A stretch of DNA of 64,000 nucleotides from Minisyncoccia bacterium (GCA_965656375.1 CBFHKH010000001.1:708291-772290), one strand, 5' to 3'; positions 39,958 through 51,449 are shown, counted from the stretch's first letter. The notes: generated by a model not told the origin, from the sequence alone. Program-made: numbers and translations.

Positions 39958-41985
39958 ATGGTACAGAAACACTACAAAACATTTTTGAAATATATTTTTC
40001 TACTCATGCTTGTGTGTGTATCGTTTAGTGTAGAAGCAGGGAATATCACATCCAATCATACCGCTCAAGTCTGCGAGAATGCCGCATGTACTGTATCGAA
40101 CACCTCTCCAATCAATTTTGGAGTGTTTACTGATCCACTCGCTTCGCCATTTAATGTTACTGTAACTAACACAGAGCTCACCGGGCTCATATGGGGTAAA
40201 TCGTTTGGATGGGTAGTGCTCAATTGTGTAAATACGATAGCACCTGGTGCGCCAGGGGGATTGCCAGGTAGTGGATGTACACCAGCAAACGGCAATTTTA
40301 AAGTTACTAATGACAGTCATGGAAATCTTTCCGGCTGGGCATGGGGAGAAACGAGTGGATGGATAAATTTCAATAGCAAAGCAAATTGCGATCTCGACAA
40401 AAATGGCTTTACCGATGTGGCCTGTGATGGAGACAATACTACTACAGCGATTGTAGATTTCAAGGTTACCATTAACTCCCTTGGGCAGTTTAATGGATAT
40501 GCGTGGGCTCAAAATCAAGGATATATAAAATTCGATTGTCCAAATTCAGACTACTGCGTAGAGACAACATGGCGGCCACCATCTGATGGAGGCGGAGGCG
40601 GTGGCGGCGGGGGAGGTCCGACAAAGTGTGTTGATCCGAATGCTACAAACAACGGAGGTCCACTTCCGTGCACGTATCCGCCATACTGCACGCTTCACCC
40701 TACTGATCCATCATGCGTAACTCATCCACCGTATTGTACGCAATATCCGAATGACCCAAGCTGTAATCCGCCACCACCTCCATACTGTGCTACTCATCCT
40801 ACGGACCCGGCATGTAATCCAACTCCGACATTCTGCACTCTCTATCCAACGGATCCAGCATGTACAACTCCTCCCTCATACTGCACGCTTCACCCTACTG
40901 ATCCATCATGCGTACCACCACCTGGATGTACGGGGACAAATTGTATTGTGCCACCACCGGGATGCACTGGTCCCAGTTGTATCAATCCGCCAGTGTGCCT
41001 TTACTGTACGCTCATAGACCCTATTAAAGAAATTCCTGGAGGAATTATTGGGAAAATCATTATTGGAGCGGGTGCTCTCTTTGGTGCGATATTTACCTTC
41101 TCGACAGCTCTCTTTGCAAATCCGATCACATTCTCTGAAATATTCCTTATCCCAATTCGTTTGTGGAGTCTGTTCCTCTCTGCGCTTGGACTTAAAAAGC
41201 GCAATCGTCCATGGGGTATCGTCTATGATAGCGTTACCAAGCAACCGCTTGACCCTGCATATGTCATTCTTCAGGATTTGGAAGGCAATGAAGTCACTAC
41301 TTCGATCACTGATCTTGATGGTCGGTATGGATTCCTTGTTCCGGCTGGCAAGTATCGTATGATTGCCCACAAGACGAATTATGAATTCCCATCGCGAAAG
41401 CTCGCAGGCAAGAAGAGCGATGAACTGTATTCTGATCTGTATTTCAATGAAATCATTACCATAAATGAGGATGAAGTGATCACAAAAAATATTCCGATGG
41501 ATCCACTCAATTTCGATTGGAATGAATTTGCGAAGCGCGACCAGAAGCTGATGAAATTCTATTCTGTACGCGATGTATGGATTACTCGACTTGTGAACAC
41601 GCTCTTCTACTTTGGGTTTGCTTTAACAACAGTCGCGGTTATCGTCACGCCAGTGACATACAACATAGTTACCTTTATTCTCTACATTGTACTCTTTACT
41701 CTTAAACATACCGTCCTCAAGCCTCGGCCGTTTGGTAAGATTCGCTACAAGGGAAGTGGCATACCGGTTTCATTTGCAGTTCTCCGTGTATTTGCCGCAT
41801 CTATCGATCGCGAGGTGATAAAGAAAGTAAGTGACAGAAATGGTAAATATTACTGTCTTGTTCCAAATGGAACCTACTATGTAAAGATAGAACAGAAGAA
41901 TGTCGATGAAAGTTATAGTCCACTCTATACCTCAGCTCCGATTGAAGTCAAAAATGGCTATATAAACAAGAAATTTGAAGTGTAA
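39958..41985 (+). CDS. Surface/membrane protein with Cys-Pro repeats and carboxypeptidase-regulatory-like domains
   Basis: Signal peptide; GWAWG repeats; 5x YCxxxPxDPxC-type; WGIVYDSVTKQPLDPA...TDLDGRYGF. Confidence 0.8.
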   Translation: MVQKHYKTFLKYIFLLMLVCVSFSVEAGNITSNHTAQVCENAACTVSNTSPINFGVFTDPLASPFNVTVTNTELTGLIWGKSFGWVVLNCVNTIAPGAPGGLPGSGCTPANGNFKVTNDSHGNLSGWAWGETSGWINFNSKANCDLDKNGFTDVACDGDNTTTAIVDFKVTINSLGQFNGYAWAQNQGYIKFDCPNSDYCVETTWRPPSDGGGGGGGGGGPTKCVDPNATNNGGPLPCTYPPYCTLHPTDPSCVTHPPYCTQYPNDPSCNPPPPPYCATHPTDPACNPTPTFCTLYPTDPACTTPPSYCTLHPTDPSCVPPPGCTGTNCIVPPPGCTGPSCINPPVCLYCTLIDPIKEIPGGIIGKIIIGAGALFGAIFTFSTALFANPITFSEIFLIPIRLWSLFLSALGLKKRNRPWGIVYDSVTKQPLDPAYVILQDLEGNEVTTSITDLDGRYGFLVPAGKYRMIAHKTNYEFPSRKLAGKKSDELYSDLYFNEIITINEDEVITKNIPMDPLNFDWNEFAKRDQKLMKFYSVRDVWITRLVNTLFYFGFALTTVAVIVTPVTYNIVTFILYIVLFTLKHTVLKPRPFGKIRYKGSGIPVSFAVLRVFAASIDREVIKKVSDRNGKYYCLVPNGTYYVKIEQKNVDESYSPLYTSAPIEVKNGYINKKFEV

Positions 41986-42083
41986 AAAGGAAGACCCTCG
42001 ACCAAAATCGGGGGTCTTGCTTTTTTATCCCCTCTATAGTAAAGTGTTCTGACTAGTCGAATCGCGACTTTTTTAGTTTACAT

Positions 42084-42512
42084 ATGCCAACAATCAATCA
42101 ATTGGTTCGAAAGAGCCGTAAAATTACAAAAAGAAAGTCCAAGGCCGTAGCTCTTGCTCGCGGTTTTAATTCGATCAAGAACAAACCAGTATTTTACCCA
42201 GCTCCTTTTAAGCGTGGTGTGTGTACAAAAGTTTCTACTACTACCCCAAAGAAGCCGAACTCAGCGCTCCGAAAGATCGCCCGTGTTCGCCTTACGAACG
42301 GCATGGAAGTAACTGCATATATCCCAGGTGAAGGACACAATCTTCAGGAACACTCTGTAGTTATGATCCGCGGTGGACGCGTGAAGGACTTGATCGGAGT
42401 ACGATATCACATTGTCCGCGGACGTCTGGATGCGACAGGAGTAGACAAGCGTCGTCAGTCACGAAGTCTCTATGGTGCAAAAGCTCCAAAGAAAGACGCA
42501 GCAAAGAAATAA
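42084..42512 (+). CDS. rpsL: 30S ribosomal protein S12
   Basis: [26 protein letters not shown]. Confidence 0.99.
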   Translation: MPTINQLVRKSRKITKRKSKAVALARGFNSIKNKPVFYPAPFKRGVCTKVSTTTPKKPNSALRKIARVRLTNGMEVTAYIPGEGHNLQEHSVVMIRGGRVKDLIGVRYHIVRGRLDATGVDKRRQSRSLYGAKAPKKDAAKK

Positions 42513-42537
42513 TCCCAAAAATCTAGTATCTTAATTT

Positions 42538-43008
42538 ATGCGAAGAAAAATCAAAAATCGAAATATCGTAGACGCTGACATCATGTACAACTCTCAAAAG
42601 TTGGGCAAGTTCATCAATAACATCATGCAAGATGGCAAGAAGGAGACCGCACGCAAAGCAGTATATCTCGCTTTTGATATGATCAAAGAAAAGACTGGTA
42701 ATCCAAACCCACTCGAAGTATTCGACACTGCAATCAAAAATGCAGGTCCGATGGTAGAAGTTCGCTCACGTCGTATCGGTGGTGCAAACTACCAGGTCCC
42801 TCGTGAAGTTCGCCCAGAACGACGCCAAGCACTCGCAATGCGATGGATAATCCTCGCTGCTCGTAGCAAGAAAGGCGCTCCGATCCATGTGAAGCTTGCA
42901 GAAGAATTGATACTTGCTTCAAAGAACGAAGGAACAGCTATCAAGAAGCGTGATGATACGCACAAGATGGCAGAATCAAACAAGGCTTTCGCACACTTCG
43001 CTTGGTAA
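42538..43008 (+). CDS. rpsG: 30S ribosomal protein S7
   Basis: RRIGGANYQVP, HKMAESNKAFAH. Confidence 0.99.
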   Translation: MRRKIKNRNIVDADIMYNSQKLGKFINNIMQDGKKETARKAVYLAFDMIKEKTGNPNPLEVFDTAIKNAGPMVEVRSRRIGGANYQVPREVRPERRQALAMRWIILAARSKKGAPIHVKLAEELILASKNEGTAIKKRDDTHKMAESNKAFAHFAW

Positions 43009-43027
43009 TATACTCTTTATATCCACT

Positions 43028-43059
43028 CACAAAACTCCCTTTTCGGGGAGTTTTGTTTT
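43028..43059 (+). terminator. Terminator between rpsG and fusA
   Basis: ACAAAACTCCC-ttttcg-GGGAGTTTTGT followed by T run. Confidence 0.75.
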
Positions 43060-43128
43060 GATTGCAAATTTTAGCTGTATATTGTATATTCTAGGGACAT
43101 TAAGACGCGAAGGTCTTTTTTTCTTTAC

Positions 43129-43220
43129 TAGCGACTAGCTTCTAGCACCTAGCTCCTAGTATAAGAATTTCAAGGTTTATTTATTACTGCTAGCAGCTAG
43201 AAGCTAGCGCCTAAAAGCTA
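43129..43220. repeat. Inverted heptamer arrays upstream of fusA
   Basis: TAGCnnn units 43129-43160; GCTAnnn units 43189-43220 ending CTAAAAGCTA 6 nt before ATG. Confidence 0.8.
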
Positions 43221-43226
43221 TTTATT

Positions 43227-45368
43227 ATGGAAAGAGATTATCCACTAGAGAAAGTTCGAAATATTGGAATTATCGCCCACATCGATGCGGGTAAGACTAC
43301 AACAACAGAGCGTGTGCTCTTTTATACAGGCGTGTCGCACAAGATCGGTGAAGTGCACGACGGTGAGACAACAACAGACTGGATGGAACAGGAGCGTGAG
43401 CGTGGTATCACGATTACATCTGCTGCTGTTACTTGTTTCTGGACTCCAACGTATGCAATAGGGGACAAGAACAAGAAGCATCGCTTCAACATCATCGATA
43501 CTCCTGGTCACATCGACTTCACTGTAGAAGTGAAGCGCTCCCTTCGCGTGCTCGACGGTGCTGTTGTCGTATTCGACGGCGTTGCCGGCGTTGAACCTCA
43601 GTCAGAGACAAACTGGCGCTATGCTGATGAGGCAAGTGTGCCTCGTATTTGTTTCGTGAACAAACTCGATCGTACTGGTGCATCATTTGAGCACTCATAC
43701 AAGACAATCCTTGATCGTCTTACAAAGAAAGCTATTCGCGCTCAGATTCCAATAGGCCTTGAAGATGGTCATGAAGGAGTTATTGATCTTCTCAAGATGA
43801 AAGCATACTACTTCGAAGGGGAAATGGGTAATAAAGTTATTGAAAAAGAAATTCCAGAAAACATGAAAGCTGATGCAGAGAAGTATCATGCAGAATTGAT
43901 TGAAAAGATCGTCGAACAAGATGATGCAGTCATGAACGAATACTTCGAAGGCAAGGTTCCAGATATCGATACACTCAAGAAGCTTATGCGTAAAGGCGTC
44001 ATTGCTAATGAAATTTTCCCTGTATTTGCAGGATCTGCCCTCAAGAATAAGGGTGTTCAGCTCGTACTTGATGCTGTCGTTGATTACCTTCCATCACCTA
44101 CAGATATTCCTCCGATCCCAGGTGTTGATCCAAATACTGATGAAGCTGTAGTACGCAAGGCATCTGATAGTGAGCCGTTCTCAGCACTCGCATTCAAGGT
44201 GGCAACTGACCCATTCGTTGGTCAGCTTATCTTCTTCCGAGTTTACTCAGGATCTATCGCTGCAGGTTCGTATGTATACAACCCTCGCACTCGCAACAAA
44301 GAGCGCCTTGGACGAATACTCCGCATGCACGCAAACGATCGTGAAGAAGTAAAGAAAGTGTACGCAGGTGAAATTGCCGCCGCAGTCGGACTCAAAGACA
44401 CCATCACTTCAGATACACTTTGTGATGAAGAGAATCCAGTCGAGCTTAACCGTATTGTATTCCCAGAACCAGTTATCAACCTCCGCGTAGAGCCAAAGAC
44501 AAAGGCAGACCAGGAGAAAATGGGTATGGCGCTTAATCGTCTTGCTCAAGAAGACCCGACATTCAAAGTATCAACTGATCCAGAAACAAACGAAACTATT
44601 ATCGCAGGAATGGGAGAACTTCACCTTGAAATTATCGTTGACCGTATGAAACGTGAGTTCTCAGTCGAGACAAACGTCGGCAAGCCACAGGTAGCATACC
44701 GCGAGACTATTACAGGTGAAGCACAGGTAGAAGGCAAGTACATCAAGCAGTCAGGAGGCCGCGGTAACTATGGTCACGTAAAGATCAAGATCAAGCCAAT
44801 GGACCTTACTGTTGATCCAGATGATCTTCCAAAGAACGTAAAACGTGAAAAAGGATTTGAATTCATCAACACTATCAAAGGAGGCGCAATTCCACAAGAA
44901 TACATTCCAGCCGTTGAAAAGGGTCTTAAAGAAGGTCTTGATCGTGGAGTTCTTGCAGGATTCAAGCTTGAGAACGTCTCTGTAGATCTCTATGACGGTT
45001 CATACCACGATGTTGACTCAAACGAAATGGCTTTCAAGATTGCTGCTTCTATGGCGATTCAGGATGCAGCAAAGCTTGCAAAACCTGTGATCCTCGAACC
45101 TATGATGCAGGTAGAAGTTATCACTCCAGACAAGTTCATGGGAGATGTGACTGGTTCGCTCTCATCAAAGCGTGGAATTATCGAAGGTATGGAAGCACGT
45201 GGTATGAATCAGGTAGTGAAAGCTGTCGTTCCTCTTTCTGAAATGTTCGGATACATGACAACCCTCCGCTCAATGACCGAAGGCCGTGCAGGATTCACTA
45301 TGGAATTCGTCCGCTACGATATAGTCCCACAGAATGTTGCTACAACTATTATCGAGTCTCGCAAATAA
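43227..45368 (+). CDS. fusA: Elongation factor G
   Basis: [36 protein letters not shown]. Confidence 0.99.
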   Translation: MERDYPLEKVRNIGIIAHIDAGKTTTTERVLFYTGVSHKIGEVHDGETTTDWMEQERERGITITSAAVTCFWTPTYAIGDKNKKHRFNIIDTPGHIDFTVEVKRSLRVLDGAVVVFDGVAGVEPQSETNWRYADEASVPRICFVNKLDRTGASFEHSYKTILDRLTKKAIRAQIPIGLEDGHEGVIDLLKMKAYYFEGEMGNKVIEKEIPENMKADAEKYHAELIEKIVEQDDAVMNEYFEGKVPDIDTLKKLMRKGVIANEIFPVFAGSALKNKGVQLVLDAVVDYLPSPTDIPPIPGVDPNTDEAVVRKASDSEPFSALAFKVATDPFVGQLIFFRVYSGSIAAGSYVYNPRTRNKERLGRILRMHANDREEVKKVYAGEIAAAVGLKDTITSDTLCDEENPVELNRIVFPEPVINLRVEPKTKADQEKMGMALNRLAQEDPTFKVSTDPETNETIIAGMGELHLEIIVDRMKREFSVETNVGKPQVAYRETITGEAQVEGKYIKQSGGRGNYGHVKIKIKPMDLTVDPDDLPKNVKREKGFEFINTIKGGAIPQEYIPAVEKGLKEGLDRGVLAGFKLENVSVDLYDGSYHDVDSNEMAFKIAASMAIQDAAKLAKPVILEPMMQVEVITPDKFMGDVTGSLSSKRGIIEGMEARGMNQVVKAVVPLSEMFGYMTTLRSMTEGRAGFTMEFVRYDIVPQNVATTIIESRK

Positions 45369-45385
45369 TCTTTTGTAGATATAAG

Positions 45386-45417
45386 AAAAGCCCTCCGAGT
45401 AATCGGGGGGCTTTTTA
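45386..45417. terminator. Terminator after fusA
   Basis: AAAAGCCCTCCGA-gtaa-TCGGGGGGCTTTT. Confidence 0.8.
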
Positions 45418-45538
45418 TAAGTCTATTATTATCCAGTATGTATATTTTAGTAACGCACAGAGTGTGGTTACTGGAAGGCTTAGCGTGCTTGCGGTTGAGG
45501 TAAGCTTGATTCTTCATAGGAATTGCTCCTAATAACTC

Positions 45539-45952
45539 CTACTCCCTGGTAACCACAGTGGGCACCTTGGTATCCGCAATCGATGTATTATTTGCTGTTT
45601 CATCTGAAATGTTAACGCCGTTTAAATTTTGTTGGCCGGTATCGTTCACCTGGTTGCTTGCTTTAGAAGTGGTGTTGTTTGATACATTTGCGGCTGAAAC
45701 CTGGTCGCCTGTGGAATTGCCAACATCATCTTTTTTAAAAAACTGATCCGCTGTTTTTATCAATGCGCCTGTTACTTCAACTTTTTTAACTGTTACAGTT
45801 TGAATGTCAGGTGGGGAAGTGATCAGCCAGTTCGATACAACATAGTTTGCTTTTAGTGTAGTTTTCTCTACTACATTTTTTTTAGCGGCGGTTGGGATGG
45901 TGATGCACACGGCACATATGGCCATGATAAGCATCGTGAACATTTTTTTCAT
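45539..45952 (-). CDS. Hypothetical secreted protein
   Basis: MKK signal peptide; N/T/S-rich C-terminus. Confidence 0.65.
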   Translation of the reverse strand: MKKMFTMLIMAICAVCITIPTAAKKNVVEKTTLKANYVVSNWLITSPPDIQTVTVKKVEVTGALIKTADQFFKKDDVGNSTGDQVSAANVSNNTTSKASNQVNDTGQQNLNGVNISDETANNTSIADTKVPTVVTRE

Positions 45953-46214
45953 TTTTTTACAATTTAAACTGTTTTAGAAATGAGATATTTGATTTTAAAC
46001 GTTCTCTCTTTCGAATTATTGGCGTTTTAGCATGAGTATTGTTAAACCACTTATATTAGAGTTAATGGTCCTCATTTGCTATTAGCATTTAATTCCTACA
46101 CAAGAGTCTTACGTTAAATGTACTACTCTCCCGTATTATGTCAAGATATTCTTACCAGTTTTGGGGATAGTCGAATCATGCTATACTAAAAGAATATTAG
46201 TTAACTTTCGCACT

Positions 46215-46784
46215 ATGCAAAACCAAAAAGGAAATTTAAAAGTTATCGTTACTTTCATTGTTGTACTTTGTATTGTCGGTCTTATCGTGTATGCGCTGAT
46301 GCAAAAAACTGCATCTGCTCCCGAAGGTGTTACCGATACTGACAGCCTCGCCACAGAGTCTACAACTGATCAAAAATTAAAAGATAATACAGAAGCACAA
46401 AAACCAATGGAAACAAATCAAAGAACATTAGCAGATTTTAAGCCAATCGCACATACAAGCACTCTACAAAAGATTGATCTCGTTGTCGGTTCAGGAGCAG
46501 AAGTTAAACCAGGGGCAACAGTAAGCGTGCACTACACTGGTGCAGTTGCTGCTACGGGAGCGATATTCCAATCTTCAAAAGATTTTGGCTCAACTCCAAT
46601 TACATTTCCACTCTCTGGAGTTATCAAAGGATGGACTGATGGTATCCCAGGTATGAAAATCGGCGGCACTCGTCGCCTTGTAATCCCAGCACAAGAAGCT
46701 TACGGGGCAAATCCTCCAGCTGGTTCAGGAATCCCAGCGAATGCTGACCTCGTGTTTGATGTAGAGCTCGTTGCTGTAAAATAA
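46215..46784 (+). CDS. FKBP-type peptidyl-prolyl isomerase, membrane-anchored
   Basis: VHYTG, VIKGWTDG, GGTRRLVIP, AYG, IPANADLVFDVEL; start at MQNQKG. Confidence 0.93.
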   Translation: MQNQKGNLKVIVTFIVVLCIVGLIVYALMQKTASAPEGVTDTDSLATESTTDQKLKDNTEAQKPMETNQRTLADFKPIAHTSTLQKIDLVVGSGAEVKPGATVSVHYTGAVAATGAIFQSSKDFGSTPITFPLSGVIKGWTDGIPGMKIGGTRRLVIPAQEAYGANPPAGSGIPANADLVFDVELVAVK

Positions 46785-46788
46785 TCGA

Positions 46789-48291
46789 ATGCAAAAAATA
46801 AAAGAATCAATCGTATATTTCGTAAAGAAATATTATAAGAAAAAGCGTTTTTGGGCGATACTTATCATCGTCAGTATCTTTATTTTTGTATCTCTCAAAC
46901 CTGACGCTCCTACAGAGAGTATTGCTCTTGATCAAGCACGCTTTGTAGATTTGAAACAAACGGTTCTCGCTACTGGCCAAGTTACGTCAAATACAGATCT
47001 CGATCTGTCATTCAATTCGACTGGCATAGTAAAAGCCCTCAAAGTAAAAGTTGGTGATTCTGTAAAGAAAGGCGACATACTTGCAACGATCGACCAGGGA
47101 TCAGTTCTCGCGACGCTTACGCAAGCTCGTGGCGCACTTGCAGCTGCGCAAGCACGGTATAAAAAAGTAACAGAAGGTTCCGATGTTGCTCTCGCAGAGA
47201 TCGCTCTTGAACAAGCACGTATTACCGAAAATACCCTTGTCGAAAACGCATATCAACGCCTCTTGAACTCGACTCCGGAAGCACTGCCTCAAAATGGGAG
47301 CAATGACTACAATCCTCCGACAATCAGCGGAACATATAGCTTGGGCAAAGAGGGAACTATTCTTCTAAAGACCTATGCTTCAGGAAGCGAAAGCGGATAT
47401 AGTTTCAATCTCTCAGGTTTGGTTTCTGGATCTGGCAATGTGACGACTACCACTCCACAGCCATTGGGTAATTCTGGACTCTATATCAGATTCCCTGCCA
47501 CAAACAATGGAGAGATCACTGAGTGGGTAATTACCATTCCAAATAAAAAGGCATCAGACTATCTGACGAATTACAATGCTCATCAGGAGGCAGTAACTCA
47601 TGCCCGATCATCGATAGATCAGAAGACTGCCGACCTCGCACTCAAGAAGGCGCAAGCAGCAGGATCGGATATTGATCTTGCACGTGCTGATATCATAAGT
47701 GCCCAAGGACAAGTACAAGCTGCTCAAGCAAAATACGAAGATACAGTCATACGAGCGCCAGCAGATGGGACGATCACAAATATCGACATCAAATTGGGAG
47801 AACTTTCTGAATCTCAGAAACCGATCATCACACTTCAGGATGTATCGAATCTCTACGTAGAAGCAAAGATCAATGAATCAAGCATTGCTAACCTCAAACT
47901 TGGACAAAAAGTAACAATGACGTTTGATGCATTTGGTTCTGGAAGAACATTCGAAGGCTCCGTGGTTCATATTGATCCGGGTGCGACTACAACAGACGGT
48001 ATCGTAAACTACAAGATAAAGTCTTCGATTGCATCTCTTGATCCTGCTATCCGCGCAGGTATGAATGCAGACATCAATATCCTCACCGCAGAGAAATCTC
48101 ATGTTCTGGTCATTCCAAAGGCGGCACTCTTTATGGAAGGCGGTACGATGTATGTAAATGTAGTAACTGACAAGAAACGCAAAAAATATGAAAAAGAAGC
48201 AGTACAGACCGGACTCACCGGTGATGGCAATTTGATAGAGATCACATCTCTACTCTCTGAAGGGCAAGATATCGCTATCGTTTCAAAATAA
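46789..48291 (+). CDS. Efflux membrane-fusion protein (MacA/HlyD-like)
   Basis: VKVGDSVKKGDILA and IRAPADG lipoyl-like halves, coiled coil, GMNAD. Confidence 0.88.
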   Translation: MQKIKESIVYFVKKYYKKKRFWAILIIVSIFIFVSLKPDAPTESIALDQARFVDLKQTVLATGQVTSNTDLDLSFNSTGIVKALKVKVGDSVKKGDILATIDQGSVLATLTQARGALAAAQARYKKVTEGSDVALAEIALEQARITENTLVENAYQRLLNSTPEALPQNGSNDYNPPTISGTYSLGKEGTILLKTYASGSESGYSFNLSGLVSGSGNVTTTTPQPLGNSGLYIRFPATNNGEITEWVITIPNKKASDYLTNYNAHQEAVTHARSSIDQKTADLALKKAQAAGSDIDLARADIISAQGQVQAAQAKYEDTVIRAPADGTITNIDIKLGELSESQKPIITLQDVSNLYVEAKINESSIANLKLGQKVTMTFDAFGSGRTFEGSVVHIDPGATTTDGIVNYKIKSSIASLDPAIRAGMNADINILTAEKSHVLVIPKAALFMEGGTMYVNVVTDKKRKKYEKEAVQTGLTGDGNLIEITSLLSEGQDIAIVSK

Positions 48292-49568
48292 TGAAAGATC
48301 AGATCACAAAGGAAGATTCCTTTTCTCGGAATATAAAAGTCGGTTGGTTTTTGGCCAAGCGTGATATTGAACGCGCCAATATCTGGACCACAGGGCTCAT
48401 TGTTATGGTTATGACGCTGACATTTCTCAATCTCATTGTTGTTTCCGGTATCCTTGTCGGTCTTATCCAAGGATCAGAAGATGCACAGAAAAAATATGCG
48501 ATAGGGGATATTGTGATCTCTCCATTTCTCAATAAAAGTGCGATAGAAAATACTCCCGATGTTGTTGATATCGTAAAGACTATTCCTGGATACAAGAATC
48601 ATACCGTTCGCTATTCGGGCGCTGTCCGCGTAGAATCAAATTATCGCGAGACTGTCGCCCCAGGTGACAAACGAGATGGAGCAGGAGGATCGCTTCTTGG
48701 CATCGACCCAATAGAAGAAGAGAAATTTTCAGGTATTTCAAAATTCATCGTCCGAGGTTCGTATCTTACAAATTTGGACCAAGATAGTGTTCTTATTGGT
48801 AAGAATCTTCTCTATGAATTTACGCCTATAGAAGCACCGGGGTTCCAGACACTCAAGAACATTTCTATTGGATCCCGTGTAAAAGTAACTGCAGGTGATT
48901 CTGCAAAAGAATATTTTGTAAAAGGTATTATCAAGAGTAAGGTAGACGAATTCGATACATCCATTGTTGCTCTTGATTCTGAAGTACGTAAGCTTATCGG
49001 TCGCGATGATTTGAATGCCGGTACGATCGCGATTCAGCTTACTGAAGGAACTGATCCGATCCAAGCAAAGAATTTCCTCATTGCATCTGGTGTTGGTGAG
49101 TTCGCACGCATCCAAACTGCACAGGAAGCCTTTCCTAAATTCCTCACTGATATCAAAGCAACATTTGCAATACTTGGTTCTGTGATTTCCGGTATCGGGC
49201 TTGTAGTTGCATCGATCACAATATTTATTGTTATCTTCGTCAATGCCATTACTCGCAGGCGCTTTATCGGCATTTTGAAGGGTATCGGCATCAATAAAAG
49301 AGCGATACTCTACTCATATATGTATCAGGCGTTCATCTATGCATCTGGCGGGATCATCATCGGTATGATGCTCATTTTCCTCCTTATCAAACCGTATTTT
49401 GCAGCGAACCCTCTTGATTTTCCTTTTTCTGACGGTATTCTTGTTGCAACGCTCGATGGTACCCTTATACGAGCGGGGATACTGCTCATCGCTACTGTGA
49501 TTGCAGGATATATACCAGCCCAAATAGTTATCAAACAAAATACACTCTCTGCGATTTTAGGCAGATAA
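48291..49568 (+). CDS. FtsX-like ABC permease (MacB/LolC family)
   Basis: TM1, large external loop, RRRFIGILKGIG, three C-terminal TMs. Confidence 0.88.
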   Translation: MKDQITKEDSFSRNIKVGWFLAKRDIERANIWTTGLIVMVMTLTFLNLIVVSGILVGLIQGSEDAQKKYAIGDIVISPFLNKSAIENTPDVVDIVKTIPGYKNHTVRYSGAVRVESNYRETVAPGDKRDGAGGSLLGIDPIEEEKFSGISKFIVRGSYLTNLDQDSVLIGKNLLYEFTPIEAPGFQTLKNISIGSRVKVTAGDSAKEYFVKGIIKSKVDEFDTSIVALDSEVRKLIGRDDLNAGTIAIQLTEGTDPIQAKNFLIASGVGEFARIQTAQEAFPKFLTDIKATFAILGSVISGIGLVVASITIFIVIFVNAITRRRFIGILKGIGINKRAILYSYMYQAFIYASGGIIIGMMLIFLLIKPYFAANPLDFPFSDGILVATLDGTLIRAGILLIATVIAGYIPAQIVIKQNTLSAILGR

Positions 49569-49576
49569 TACTCTCT

Positions 49577-50254
49577 ATGATAGAAGCAAAAAATCTTACA
49601 AAAATATTTCAAAGTGGTGACCAACAAATTATTGCGCTCAATGATGTATCATTTCACGTACCTCAAGGGCAGTTTCTTACTATCACCGGCAAATCTGGCT
49701 CCGGAAAATCTACCCTTCTTTATCAGTTAGGACTCCTCGATATACCGACATCCGGTGGTGCGATTATCGATGGCAAGGATCTCGTGCCTGCATCCGAGCG
49801 TGAGCGTACACACACAAGGCTCAACGACCTTGGGTATATTTTCCAAGACTACGCGATCCTTCCATCGCTTTCAACTCTCGAGAATACGATACTGCCACTT
49901 CTCATGCAGGGATATAGTACAAAGCTCGCTACAGAACAAGCAAAAAAAGCTCTTGATAAAGTGGGATTGCTCAATCGAATGAACAATCTCCCAAGCCAGC
50001 TCTCCGGAGGACAACAACAACGTGTATCGATCGCACGCGCAATAGCGCACGATCCAAAAGTGATATTTGCCGATGAGCCGACCGCAAACCTTGATTCAGA
50101 AACTTCAGAGCAGGTTATCAAGACCTTCCTTGATTTGAATCGTGAAGGACAGACGATCGTTATGGTTACGCACGAACCCGAATACGCAAAGCTTGCTCAC
50201 CGAACGATCACGATGGCTGATGGTGTAATCATAAGCGATATAATGAATCGATAA
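49577..50254 (+). CDS. ABC transporter ATP-binding protein (LolD/MacB-like)
   Basis: GKSGSGKS, LSGGQQQR, ADEPTANLD, VTHE. Confidence 0.95.
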   Translation: MIEAKNLTKIFQSGDQQIIALNDVSFHVPQGQFLTITGKSGSGKSTLLYQLGLLDIPTSGGAIIDGKDLVPASERERTHTRLNDLGYIFQDYAILPSLSTLENTILPLLMQGYSTKLATEQAKKALDKVGLLNRMNNLPSQLSGGQQQRVSIARAIAHDPKVIFADEPTANLDSETSEQVIKTFLDLNREGQTIVMVTHEPEYAKLAHRTITMADGVIISDIMNR

Positions 50255-50316
50255 TCCTATTTAACCTATATTTGTCAAGGTATATTTCTATTTCCAATGT
50301 ATGGTATACTGAGACT

Positions 50317-51111
50317 ATGGAAACACTTTTAACAAACAAGAGGTTCATTAAGGCTTCAATTGGCCTTATAGGGGTACTTACATTATTCGTATTTGTGCTT
50401 TTTATCAACGCAATCAAAGAAAATAGATATCTTGGAGTGGGGATGCAACCTCCTGCAACGATAACTGTTTCAGGTGAAGGAGAAGTGCTTGCCGTATCAG
50501 ATATTGCGACAGTGTATGTCACGCTCTCCAAAGATGCAGCAACAACAAAAGAAGCCCAGAATCTTCTTAATGAACAAGTTACAAAGACACTCGCATATCT
50601 GAAAGAACAGAAAATAGAAGACAAAGATATCAAATCAGAATACGGGGGAGTTAATCCAAAGTATTCATACGAAGCTGTTAATTGCTTCACATATCCATGC
50701 CCACAAAGAGATCCAAAGATCACAGGGTACACTGCAACTCAATCAATTACTATAAAGGTACGTGATGTAGACAATGCAAATGAAGTTCGCACTGGTCTTG
50801 CAAATCTTGGCATTACAAATATCAGCGGTCCAACACTTTCTATCGATAATGAAGATGGATTCAAGGAAAGCGCTCGGGCAAATGCGATCACTGACGCTCA
50901 AGCAAAAGCAAAAATTCTTGCAAAACAGCTTCATGTGCGTCTCGGCAAAGTCGTAAGCTTCTCTGAAGGAGGTATGGCATATCCTATGATGTATAGAGAA
51001 AAGAGTGTCATGAATCAAGATATGGCAGCAGGCGCTACACCAGCACCTGAGCTTCCAAAAGGGGAAAACAAGATCACTTCAAATGTGACCATCATCTACG
51101 AAATCAGATAA
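50317..51111 (+). CDS. SIMPL/DUF541 domain protein
   Basis: ITVSGEGEV, ARANAITDAQAKA..LA, VTIIYEI; start at METLL. Confidence 0.9.
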   Translation: METLLTNKRFIKASIGLIGVLTLFVFVLFINAIKENRYLGVGMQPPATITVSGEGEVLAVSDIATVYVTLSKDAATTKEAQNLLNEQVTKTLAYLKEQKIEDKDIKSEYGGVNPKYSYEAVNCFTYPCPQRDPKITGYTATQSITIKVRDVDNANEVRTGLANLGITNISGPTLSIDNEDGFKESARANAITDAQAKAKILAKQLHVRLGKVVSFSEGGMAYPMMYREKSVMNQDMAAGATPAPELPKGENKITSNVTIIYEIR

Positions 51112-51123
51112 TTAATAAACGTT

Positions 51124-51151
51124 CAAAAAGGCCAGGATTCCTGGCCTTTTT
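51124..51151 (+). terminator. Terminator
   Basis: AAAAAGGCCAGG-att-CCTGGCCTTTTT. Confidence 0.75.
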
Positions 51152-51251
51152 GCATGAGAAGTCAGTCCTTGCAACTTTTAGCCCAATGTTGTACTATATA
51201 TTCATAAGCCCTCCGGGGTGGTTTTTATTAAGAGTAAAGATATTACACTAT

Positions 51252-51437
51252 ATGAGCAAAACTACTGAATATTTCAAAGAAGTGCGAGCGGAGATGAAGA
51301 ACGTTACATGGCCTACTCGTACACAGACCTTCTACTTCACTCTAGGCGTTATTATCGTTTCTCTATTTGTCGCATACTACTTAGGCTTCTTTGATTATAT
51401 ATTCACAAGGGGACTAGAGTGGGTACTATCACGATAA
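51252..51437 (+). CDS. secE: Preprotein translocase subunit SecE
   Basis: EVRAEMKNVTWPT then one TM; precedes nusG. Confidence 0.95.
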   Translation: MSKTTEYFKEVRAEMKNVTWPTRTQTFYFTLGVIIVSLFVAYYLGFFDYIFTRGLEWVLSR

Positions 51438-51449
51438 CTATATTTTATT

